Below are positions 47,271 through 56,523 of a DNA stretch of 64,000 nucleotides, piece by piece (the first letter of the stretch is position 1; every line of letters starts with the position of its first letter). The position numbers and the translations under genes were made by a program. The stretch is from the NCBI GenBank assembly GCA_937625935.1, contig OW569364.1:441257-505256 (forward strand), read 5' to 3'. The notes under the pieces were generated by a model. That model did no database searches. It worked only from the letters and a program-made list of their open reading frames with translations, and was not told where the DNA came from. Source of the stretch: Tetramitus jugosus. Taxonomy: Eukaryota; Protista; Heterolobosea.

Positions 47271-47966
47271 TTATCTGTCAAATGCTGAAGCTTTCGTCAC
47301 ACATTGGCAACTGAGAACCGCTTTTTTGGTCAAGATGTTATTTCCCTTTTGTACAACCTCTGTCTTGATCAGTTGACCTACACACAACTTGGTATCATCT
47401 GGACAATTCTTCTCACAATTAACAGATATAGCACCAGTAGTAGATTTGGTGATTACTAAGTGGCAATTGGTTGGTTCAGGATCAGTCTTATCACATGTGC
47501 ACCATTGACGCGTAATTTGTCTTATGGTTTGTTCCTGGACAACACAGTCTGCCAGTGCATTTCCTCGTGGACACAACTGTTTTGGACATGAAATTGTTGC
47601 TTCTTGAATCGCTCCATTCTCCCTATACTTCACAAAAGCCTCCCCTCTCAATGCACAGTTTTGATTTTCTCCTGGTCCAGTAACAACACTTTCTTCAGCA
47701 AGCAGAACCAGTGTATCTCCGCTGAGACATTGATATATTGCTGGTGAATAACATGCTTGTCCACAGGAGAGGAGACCCAAAGGACAGAGTCTGGTTCCAT
47801 TGTTACATTGATGGGTGGCCTTGTTGAAACAAGTAGGACGACCTCCATTGTTGTTCAAGTCATTGCAGCAGCCGTCATTAGGCCCACAGTTTGTGCAAGG
47901 ACCCACACATGTGCATGAAAACACATAGAAAACTAGAATGAGAACTAGTACGAGGATTGATTTCAT
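47271..47966 (-). CDS. Secreted cysteine-rich protein with CBM52-like motif
   Basis: Signal peptide, CFNKATHQC and CGQACYSPAIYQC. Confidence 0.65.
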   Translation of the reverse strand: MKSILVLVLILVFYVFSCTCVGPCTNCGPNDGCCNDLNNNGGRPTCFNKATHQCNNGTRLCPLGLLSCGQACYSPAIYQCLSGDTLVLLAEESVVTGPGENQNCALRGEAFVKYRENGAIQEATISCPKQLCPRGNALADCVVQEQTIRQITRQWCTCDKTDPEPTNCHLVITKSTTGAISVNCEKNCPDDTKLCVGQLIKTEVVQKGNNILTKKAVLSCQCVTKASAFDR

Positions 47967-48335
47967 CTTATTGATTTGTTGTATGTTACTTTCTTGTTGT
48001 ATTATTGATTGTATCTGATCAGCTTTTAAATCTCTCGAGACATCAAAAAGTAGATCTTCTCGAGCGACTTGGGGTCGAGTTTTTAACTCGTTTAGGTATT
48101 GGTTGAGGCATCAACTTCAAAATCTTCAAAATTGGACTGAATCCTATGCTTGAGCTCAAGTTATCAAGGATACCTTGGTATCAAGAGAAACAATTTACAG
48201 ATCTGCCATCATGAATCACAAATAACCAGCAAAGGTATTAACAGGGATATCTGTTGCAATATTCTCTCACCATCAAGCGATGGTTTTTGTTCTTTCACAT
48301 CATACCAAATCTTATCCGTGTTCTTAACAACATGT

Positions 48336-48790
48336 TCATGATACTACTACTGGAATTTGATCAGTCGGACCTAAGTCTTCTACAAACAGCTTCAGACACA
48401 TCTTTTCAAAGGAAGGATTGATCTCTGTTGCTGTGTTCAAGTTCTTGAACTCTTTCAGCTCAAAGTATGCGCATCCTCTGTCAAAGTAGCCATCTTCAAA
48501 AGAAGGATCGATTTCAATTGCTTTTGTGAAATCTGTTTTTGCTTTCTCATATTCTTTCAGATCATGGTATGCGCGACCTCTATTGTAGTAGGCATATTCA
48601 TCAGCAGGACTGATTTCTAGTTCTTTTGTGAAATCCGCTATCGCTTTCTTGAAGTCTTCCAAATCAAAGAATGTACAACTTGGGCTTGGGGGTGTCAGTA
48701 GGCACTAGCATGAGCAGGATTGATCTCTATGGCTTTGCTGAAGACAAAGATTACTTTTTTGTACTGTTCCATCTTGTGGTATGTGTGACC
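48336..48790 (-). pseudogene. Degenerate TPR-repeat gene
   Basis: AYYNRGRAY..FTKAIEIDP repeats. The upstream repeat FSKAIEINPAHASAY ends in a stop, and there is no ATG in frame. Confidence 0.65.
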
Positions 48791-49196
48791 TATGCGAAAT
48801 CTCTATGTCAATAGTTGATGACATGGAATGACTTGAGGCAAAAATGCAAAATCATCCCAAATATGACTAATTATCATTCATTTGTAACAAGATCGAACTC
48901 ACAATTAGTTGAATGTTGTGCGAACTTATCAAATCAGATACTCAAATAAATAAGGGATAACAGAAAAACAAATAGAACCAAGACTTACCACAAGCCAAGC
49001 TTCTCGACTTGAAAAAGTGCTTCGACCATCTATTTCATCATCAGTGAGCTGCTCTGTTTTACAAGCATGTAGTTGATGAGTATCTCTATCTACATCGTTT
49101 TGTGTCTTCGTACAGGACAGCCAATACAGATGTCGATGGATCAAAGAGGGTCAAGAAGTGTGTCAGACAAACGAAACACATCAATCCAGCTCAACA

Positions 49197-50870
49197 TCAA
49201 CTCCACAAGCAATAGGTCCCATACCCTTTAGCATGAGCTTCCAAACTCCGGTTATTCAGAAAGGGGAAGTGGTGTTTGCTGTCACAGCAACAACATGGTT
49301 TGCGAGATGAAGATGATTGGTGATCAATGAACCAACAGGCAACTTCCAGCTCAAAGAACAACAACTGAGTTGTCAAGATTTTAGAGTGCTCCTGGTGCTG
49401 CAATCAGACCATAGTCAGCTTCTGCAAGGCCACATCCGAGAGTCTCTTGCAGACATTTTGTGTTAACACACGACACACTTCCTTTCTTTTCTACCGGAGG
49501 AGAGTTGCTCAAATGAAGACCCATTAGAGAACTCTTGGCAAGAATTTCATTCTGTTCCACAGTTGAGACCGTTGAGTGCACTCGTTTCAGTGTACATGAG
49601 ACAGTTGTGATGTTTGGCCATTGCGTCGCCTTCCTCTACGGTTATGGGCTCCAAGCTCTTTGCTCTGAGATTTGCTAGCATTTCTGAAGAATCTCTTAGA
49701 TCAACTTTGGTGCCCATGAGCACGACGACTGCTTGAGGACAATGATGCATCAATTCAGGCAACCACTTGGTTGCTACATTTTCCTGCACTGCATATGTTG
49801 ACCACAGAGAAACACAATAGGAAAACATTTGTGCATGGATAGCTGAGTGATCTGAGTCTATCATAGTCCTCAGGTCCTGCCGTGTCCCAAAAGGCAACAT
49901 TTCTTGTACCGTACCAACCAACGGTCGAAGTATAGTTATCGAACACTGTGGGAACGTATTCGTATGGAAAGGTGCCTGTGACTGCTCGAATCAACAAAGA
50001 AGTTTTTCCCGTGGCTCCATCTCCAACAACCACAACTTTGATATTACCATGTTCCAGCATCGTTGGGATCATAGGTTCCAAAAAATTGTTCATGAGACTT
50101 CTGCGATTTGAACTTGCGGTAGAAAGCGTTCAGGCCACCCATACCGTAGTTCTTGTGGGTACAGTAGCTCAAAACAGGTGATCTTGACTGGATAGAAGTT
50201 TCGAAACCAGTTTGGCCATGTACTGAATATGAGCCTTTCTCAGAATCAATAACTTGTTTCTATAGTTGGCCGCATCAGTGATTCGTCCTGAGGCATCGTT
50301 CAAAACTGGTTCATACTTTGGATGATTGATCACAGAGTGGGACACAGATGTCCAGAGCAGGTTGTGTTCAGTCAGTTCGAAAAACTTCCATGTTTTGGAA
50401 ACGAGTCGAATATTCATCCAGTCACGCATTCTCAAAAAGGATAGAATAACAAGTGGTGCATCGCTTGGCAGTTGGTGAATGAGATCAATGACATTCTGAT
50501 CGATGAGTGCCTTCTTTTTCTCTTGACTGACAGGTAGTACTCAATCTTGTCCATGAATTGGCTACGGGGTCATACATGTGCACATCAGAAAAGTAGCCAT
50601 TGCTCTCTTTCCACCGAATACATAGAGGCAATCATTGTAAACAACAGAGGAGCAAAAGTTACACATGGGAGCCACTCCAGTACTTGGTTCAATCTTTGTC
50701 AGGCCTGCTGTGAGGAATGGCAGTTGTCATCGTATTTGGCAAATCATTGGAAGTTGTCAATTGTTTACTGTTGTCATCCAACAGAAGACCACCAAAAATG
50801 TAAACACTGTGACCAACGACACTGCTTGAGTGACCATAACGAGAGTGAGACAAATGCATTGTTGCGTGAA
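49197..50870 (-). pseudogene. Frameshifted Kelch - F-box - Rho/Rac GTPase fusion gene
   Basis: Kelch RYGHSSSVVGHSVYIFGG, LYVFGG and YDPVANSW; F-box LPSDAPLVILSFL..RLVSKTW; Rho [33 protein letters not shown]. Several frame changes and stops without splice signals. Confidence 0.75.
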
Positions 50871-51050
50871 GTACAGGCTCACTAAAATTTTGAGAGTTCA
50901 CGCTTGACCTTGAAACCCGAAAGGAGTATTTTCGTCGGGATGAAAAAACTAGAAATGGAAATTGCATCACATTCGCCTCAATACCATTAATGTTGTGACA
51001 AAACACATCCCACCACTAGTTTTTGAAGTTTGTGACAGTACAAAAACGTG

Positions 51051-54000
51051 ATGACACCTAGAAGAAAATTATCATTCTTACCGTATGCACTCAGTATAAC
51101 ACTGTTGTATACGACAGCGTTCATTCTCTCGCTTTCTGCTTACGGCAGTATCATCAATGTCCATGCTGCAACTGTGAACAACACACGTATTCTCATGGGC
51201 TTTGGCAGCAACAAGTACGGTCAATTGGGATTGGAAGATCCAACTACACTGTGGTCATTCGATGCAACCAAGTACCTCAAGGACAGATCAGCCAAGGTCT
51301 TGAGGAGCTGTGTCGTCAATCATGATTTTACCAATGATAACGAGTCGTATATTGGCAGCACAGATACACATCCAGTCAATTTTGACCCCTTTCCATTCCA
51401 TGGTATTCTCATTGATACCATGTTGAACGTGTACACTTGGGGCCACGGTTCTCATGCTCATGGTACTGGTGATCGATTGATGAGCCACACAAACTATCCA
51501 TTCCAATACCTGGTCAATATCAACAGTTTGAAATTGGCTGGTGAGTTGTTGAATGATACCTCAGTGTTATCATTGGCCTGCGGTAGAGCCCATACACTGA
51601 TTATCACTGGTCTCAACAGAGTCATTGTCTTTGGTTCTCAACAGAATGGTCAGCTTGGTATCGGTGACAATGCAACCTATGTTTATTCCAACCATGTGGT
51701 TCAACCACAGAGAGCAGTTGACTTGGAGAGCTATAATTTTGTGAATGCGTGGGCAGTGGGCAATCGTACATTTGTTGTCGATGATCAAGGTGATAGCTAT
51801 GCATTTGGTGATAATTCATTGGGTCAGTTGTGTAGTGACAATACTACAGCCAACAGATACACTACCCCGGTTGATGTGTTGAGCACACTTGGTGCAGATA
51901 AGACTATTCAAAAGGTAACGGGTGGTAATCGATACACTATTATTTTAACAACGACTGGAAAGTTGTATGGTTGTGGTTCTGATACAAACGGTCTAACCTT
52001 AGGACTGAATCAAGTCTCCACCTACCAATACTACTTACCTCAAGAGCTATTGACAGGAGAAACTATTAAGCACGTGTCTTCTATGGGCAGTACTACTGTG
52101 GCAGTTTCCAGTAGTGGTCAATTCTATTTCTGGGGTCAAAACTTGAACAACCAAATTGGAAATGCTTCTTCTGTGCGCACACCCACCACCTTTATGGGTG
52201 TCACTTTGAGTGCTAGTCAACATATTACACAACTCAGTCTAGGTAGATTTTCTTTGAGCGTGGTCACCGTGGATTCAGCTGATTACTTAAATGAGATTTG
52301 GGTCGTTGGTAACAACACTTTTGGTAGCTTGGGAGTGTTGAATAGTCATGACAGCCTACCACCAGCTTTTCTCTCCTCCTGGACAAAGCTCTCTGGTCAA
52401 ACGTTTCCCAACGGCACCACCATTCAATCCCTCGACAGTAATCTCTTTGTTCTCACAAGTGACCAAAAGCTTCATGTTCAAGGAGATGTCTCAAGATTAC
52501 CTGGTCCTCAAACCAACGTTCTCTCCCCTACTGTCATCAATGTACACTCTGATGAAAGCGAAGAGATGATGATTGAGAAGATTGCTGCTGGTTTCTCTGT
52601 CTCTGGAGCCATTGCTAGAGTCAGTGGAAAATTGTTCTTGTGGGGCGCTCAGAGATACCCAAACGCCTTCTTGACCAAGGGAGAGTCAAAGCTACACGTC
52701 TTTGCACCAAAGGAGTTCAATGGATTGAAGGGAGTCAACGTCACTAGTATTGCATTTGGTACCACTGATGGTACTGCTACTTCACACTCTGCTGCTGTCT
52801 CCTATCCGTTTACTCCTACTACGTTCTTTGTGTTGTACAATGATAGCTCTCAAGCTGGTTCATGGGGTAGCAATCAACAGCATCAGTTGGGATATCAGTA
52901 CTCGAACGGAACATATGCTCCAGTGTACGATATCGGTAGTATCTTGACCACAAAGATTCGTGAGTATGCAGTCAGTGGACGTCATACGTTTGCACTCGGT
53001 CAGGAAACAACCGACACCAATGTGTATGAGATGTATGTGTGTGGCGATGGACGTGTGGGTCAATTGGGTGCTGGTCCAAGTTTCATTGAACGTCGTTCCC
53101 TGCTCCAAACACAATCGGCAACGAAGATTGCCGTCGGAGATTGGCACAGTCTCTACGTTGACAAGAATAACGCTGCATGGGGTGCTGGTGACAACACAGA
53201 TGGCAGAGCTGGATTCGTTGTTGCACTTTACAGTTCACAGTGGATGCCAATTTCTCTTGGTACTGTTTCCAAGGTGTTCGCGGGAACCAAGTGCTCATTC
53301 TTTCTGTTGCAAGACGGTACTCTGTGGGCTTCTGGGAGCAATGTTGATGGTCAACTTGGACTTGGTAACACAACTACAACTGTCAAGACTCCAACTCAAG
53401 TGACTGGTCTCACTGGATCAGTGCTCTACGTGTCTACTGCAACCGGAGGTGGTGCTCATACCTTAATTTTGAATACTGACGGAAGAGTATATGTCAGTGG
53501 AAGAAACGATAAGGGTCAGTTGGGTCTCGGTGACACTACTACTCGATACAGTTTTGTGGAACTCGCAATCCCTGATGATCATCTTGGTTTGGATGTGGCT
53601 GCTGGTTTTGATCACTCTCTCATCCTAGTTGGCAAGAGAGCTTGTCCCAACGCCTGTTTAGGTGGTTCTTGCGATTATGTGCAAGGAGTATGCTCATGTC
53701 AACAAGGATATGGCGGTCCCGAATGCCAATTATTCAACTGCTATGGACTACTATCCAATTCATCTCAGATATGTTCCGGCAATGGGGAATGTGTCTCGCC
53801 AGATAAGTGTCAATGCACGAGTGGATATACAGGATGGAACTGTGAAATGGCCATATGCTTCGGATCCAATGCATCAGATCCACGTGTGTGCTCCTCTCAT
53901 GGTTCGTGTCTACAACCTGATACCTGTCAGTGTCCGTCGTCATATTCTGGAAAGGATTGTTCTGTACCAATTTGCTTTGGGAAATTAGCTATTGATTCTC

Positions 54001-55526
54001 TTGTGTGCTCAGGAAATGGTCAATGTATTGCTCCTGATACTTGTCAATGCAATTGTTCAGATATTACAACTTTTGACTGCAAGAAACTTCCTGTCGATGA
54101 GTGCGAAGGATGGATGAGTAGTGAAATTTTGGGAGCACCACGACCCTCTGTGTCGGCACAATGGAACTCTAAGTCTCTTCAGTTTTTCATTTCAATGACC
54201 AACAAGAGATTGCCACCTTCGATGAGGCACTTGATCGCTTATGAAGCATTTAATGGTGAGAATTTGTTCCAAAACTCCACTGTCTCTATTGGAGAGCTAA
54301 TTGCAACAAATAACTGCACCAACGGCTACAGAGTTGTGATTCCATGGACTTCGTCTCAACTCAAGAGAGAATATCTCACTCTGTCTGATTCCAGTGGAGA
54401 TCAAATCCTCAAAATCTGGGCGACATTGTATATGCATTACGTGAATGATGAGAAGAGAACTGTTGTTTCCTTCCATGCCTCGCAAGCTATCTATGCACAG
54501 TTGAACAGTCATACATTCACAGTGTTCAACACTACTAGTAATCAGGCCCAAGAATTGCTCAAGTTGTCTGTCCAATCTGTGTATCCAAGAGAAGGTGATC
54601 AAGTTATTGTTATTGGCTCTGAGTTGAGTATCTTGATGAGTGGATATACTCTATCCAGTATTTATTTGAAATATTCCTCATTGGGAGCAGACAAGTTCGA
54701 TGTGAGCTTCACTCTATCACCATTCTCCTCGCCATCAGCCATGATTTACAATGTGAAGCTCATTTCGAGAGAAAATTTGAGTTCATTCTCAGGTTCCTTT
54801 GTTCTGCTAGCCTCTCTTACCAACCATACTGCAACCTCTAATTATTCCATTCCATTCGAAGTGTCTTATGATATCATTCTGCCCAATCCCCCATTGAATC
54901 TAGTCTATGCAACGGATATTGTTTTGTCCCATAGATTCAATGGCATTGAGAAGAGAGAATTTTCATCTGGTGATCAAGTGTTTGTCTCCACATCCCTCAC
55001 ATCTCAATCAGGCCCTGTTCTGTCCAATGACCAACTCCTTCAAGTTCACAATGCATTTGTGTGTTGTATGAAGAGTGGATACACGAGAGGAATGCCAGAG
55101 TTCAATCCTTCTCAGAATAGACCAGGATGCACTGTGTATGATTCACAATCAATGTCCAGGTGGTTCCAACTGGTGAACAAGGGAGTACCCAATTCGATTA
55201 CTTCCACTACTATCATTTCGGCAGGACAAAAGAGTTCCATCTTCTCATTTGATGTGAATGCGTTGGTTGATGTAGAAAGCAGAACTTGTTATCTTCATGT
55301 GAACACCATCGTGAATCCAAGATTTCAACTCAATAACGCTGCTAGATACTTGCAACAAGAGAATAAGGTGAACAACAACGAGCAATCTCACAGTTTTTCT
55401 TTCCTCAAGATCGCTGCTGGAAACTCCAAAGGCGATGCATCATTAGCACATGATTCGTTGAAACCAATGAGAATTCTTATGGTTGTGGCACTGGTATTCA
55501 CAACTCTCGTCTCCTTAATGATGTAG
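51051..55526 (+). CDS. Large surface protein with RCC1-repeat propellers, EGF-like repeats and a C-terminal hydrophobic anchor
   Basis: Signal peptide, many GxNxxGQLG RCC1 motifs, CFGxxxxDxxVCSGxGxC EGF repeats, terminal hydrophobic tail (TM or GPI signal). Confidence 0.9.
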   Translation: MTPRRKLSFLPYALSITLLYTTAFILSLSAYGSIINVHAATVNNTRILMGFGSNKYGQLGLEDPTTLWSFDATKYLKDRSAKVLRSCVVNHDFTNDNESYIGSTDTHPVNFDPFPFHGILIDTMLNVYTWGHGSHAHGTGDRLMSHTNYPFQYLVNINSLKLAGELLNDTSVLSLACGRAHTLIITGLNRVIVFGSQQNGQLGIGDNATYVYSNHVVQPQRAVDLESYNFVNAWAVGNRTFVVDDQGDSYAFGDNSLGQLCSDNTTANRYTTPVDVLSTLGADKTIQKVTGGNRYTIILTTTGKLYGCGSDTNGLTLGLNQVSTYQYYLPQELLTGETIKHVSSMGSTTVAVSSSGQFYFWGQNLNNQIGNASSVRTPTTFMGVTLSASQHITQLSLGRFSLSVVTVDSADYLNEIWVVGNNTFGSLGVLNSHDSLPPAFLSSWTKLSGQTFPNGTTIQSLDSNLFVLTSDQKLHVQGDVSRLPGPQTNVLSPTVINVHSDESEEMMIEKIAAGFSVSGAIARVSGKLFLWGAQRYPNAFLTKGESKLHVFAPKEFNGLKGVNVTSIAFGTTDGTATSHSAAVSYPFTPTTFFVLYNDSSQAGSWGSNQQHQLGYQYSNGTYAPVYDIGSILTTKIREYAVSGRHTFALGQETTDTNVYEMYVCGDGRVGQLGAGPSFIERRSLLQTQSATKIAVGDWHSLYVDKNNAAWGAGDNTDGRAGFVVALYSSQWMPISLGTVSKVFAGTKCSFFLLQDGTLWASGSNVDGQLGLGNTTTTVKTPTQVTGLTGSVLYVSTATGGGAHTLILNTDGRVYVSGRNDKGQLGLGDTTTRYSFVELAIPDDHLGLDVAAGFDHSLILVGKRACPNACLGGSCDYVQGVCSCQQGYGGPECQLFNCYGLLSNSSQICSGNGECVSPDKCQCTSGYTGWNCEMAICFGSNASDPRVCSSHGSCLQPDTCQCPSSYSGKDCSVPICFGKLAIDSLVCSGNGQCIAPDTCQCNCSDITTFDCKKLPVDECEGWMSSEILGAPRPSVSAQWNSKSLQFFISMTNKRLPPSMRHLIAYEAFNGENLFQNSTVSIGELIATNNCTNGYRVVIPWTSSQLKREYLTLSDSSGDQILKIWATLYMHYVNDEKRTVVSFHASQAIYAQLNSHTFTVFNTTSNQAQELLKLSVQSVYPREGDQVIVIGSELSILMSGYTLSSIYLKYSSLGADKFDVSFTLSPFSSPSAMIYNVKLISRENLSSFSGSFVLLASLTNHTATSNYSIPFEVSYDIILPNPPLNLVYATDIVLSHRFNGIEKREFSSGDQVFVSTSLTSQSGPVLSNDQLLQVHNAFVCCMKSGYTRGMPEFNPSQNRPGCTVYDSQSMSRWFQLVNKGVPNSITSTTIISAGQKSSIFSFDVNALVDVESRTCYLHVNTIVNPRFQLNNAARYLQQENKVNNNEQSHSFSFLKIAAGNSKGDASLAHDSLKPMRILMVVALVFTTLVSLMM

Positions 55527-55812
55527 GCACGTGACTGTTGAGGCATTTCTGGTACAGACGTCAAATGAAATTACAATTCATTGTAAAATACTGCCCACTT
55601 TTGTCCTTATTCCTGTTCTCACGATTCTGGATCACCATAACCCATCACATACTCAACATTTGGGTTTATGCGACTTACCGTTTGAGGCTCCCAGGCGGTT
55701 TCAAGCTACGAGTTAACAATCCAGTTATTTTAAATGATATTTCAGATCTAAAAGCTGTAAAAGATTTCCCTCTTACTCTTTTATACGTTCTCCGTTGAGG
55801 TAGCAGCTATTC

Positions 55813-55892
55813 ACGTAAAATTTTACGTTAACGTAAATATTCGGAATTTTATGTGAGCGTAAAAATTTTATGCGCACGTAAAACCGTTACGT
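55813..55892. repeat. Cluster of overlapping ACGT palindromes
   Basis: ACGTAAAATTTTACGT (55813-55828) and TTTACGTTAACGTAAA (55822-55837), plus further CGTAAAA copies. Confidence 0.8.
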
Positions 55893-56320
55893 CTTTTGGT
55901 TGCTCACTCTCATACCTCAACAACAAAGGAACCAGACCAAAGAGAGGTTCCTATGTTAAGCTATATCAGATTAATTGTACTGAAGAAAAGAAGAGAGATA
56001 TGGGATGTCATTCAGTACTGCACAAAGAGCTATTCAGAGGATACTAAGTTTAAATTCATGGGAGAATCATGGGTTAAACGAAGTGCTGGATGCAATGGTT
56101 GTCGTGAGTGTCAAGGTTGTTCAATGGATCCAGTACTCAGTATCTCTTTTGTACCGGGGTCCACAATCATCGTAATCCTCCACATCATAAGGTGTGGAAT
56201 TCAGCAATTACAGTGATTGAGGATACAGTTTTATCAAAGCCCAACATATCTGGTTCTGATATGCAAATTGGATTACCAACCTCTGCCCCGCATTAGCTAA
56301 TATCGACAGACTTAACGGTA

Positions 56321-56335
56321 GGGTTTGGGTTTGGG
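56321..56335 (+). repeat. Internal telomeric seed GGGTTTGGGTTTGGG
   Basis: Same unit and orientation as the terminal array. Confidence 0.85.
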
Positions 56336-56374
56336 ACATGTTATGCCAGTCTGAACCGAGGCTTAGCTATCATT

Positions 56375-56461
56375 GCGCTGGCAGCGTTAGCTGCCAGCGC
56401 TGAAAAAAAAATGAAAATTTTGATTTTGTGATCATTGCACTGGCAGCGCAGCTGACAGTGC
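56375..56461. repeat. Two tandem GC-rich palindromes downstream of the recombinase gene
   Basis: GCGCTGGCAGC-GTTA-GCTGCCAGCGC (56375-56400) and GCACTGGCAGC-GCA-GCTGACAGTGC (56437-56461). Both are flanked by ATCATT and TGAA. Confidence 0.9.
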
Positions 56462-56523
56462 TGAACCGATATAAAAAATCGTAACTTTTGGCTTGATTGA
56501 AATATTTTCATTGTTTATTAGTA

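Noticed and set aside
49197-50870. Programmed frameshifting or alternative genetic code explaining the broken Rho gene
   Set aside because: The disruptions are multiple and heterogeneous, and other genes read normally in the standard code. Decay or sequence error is simpler.
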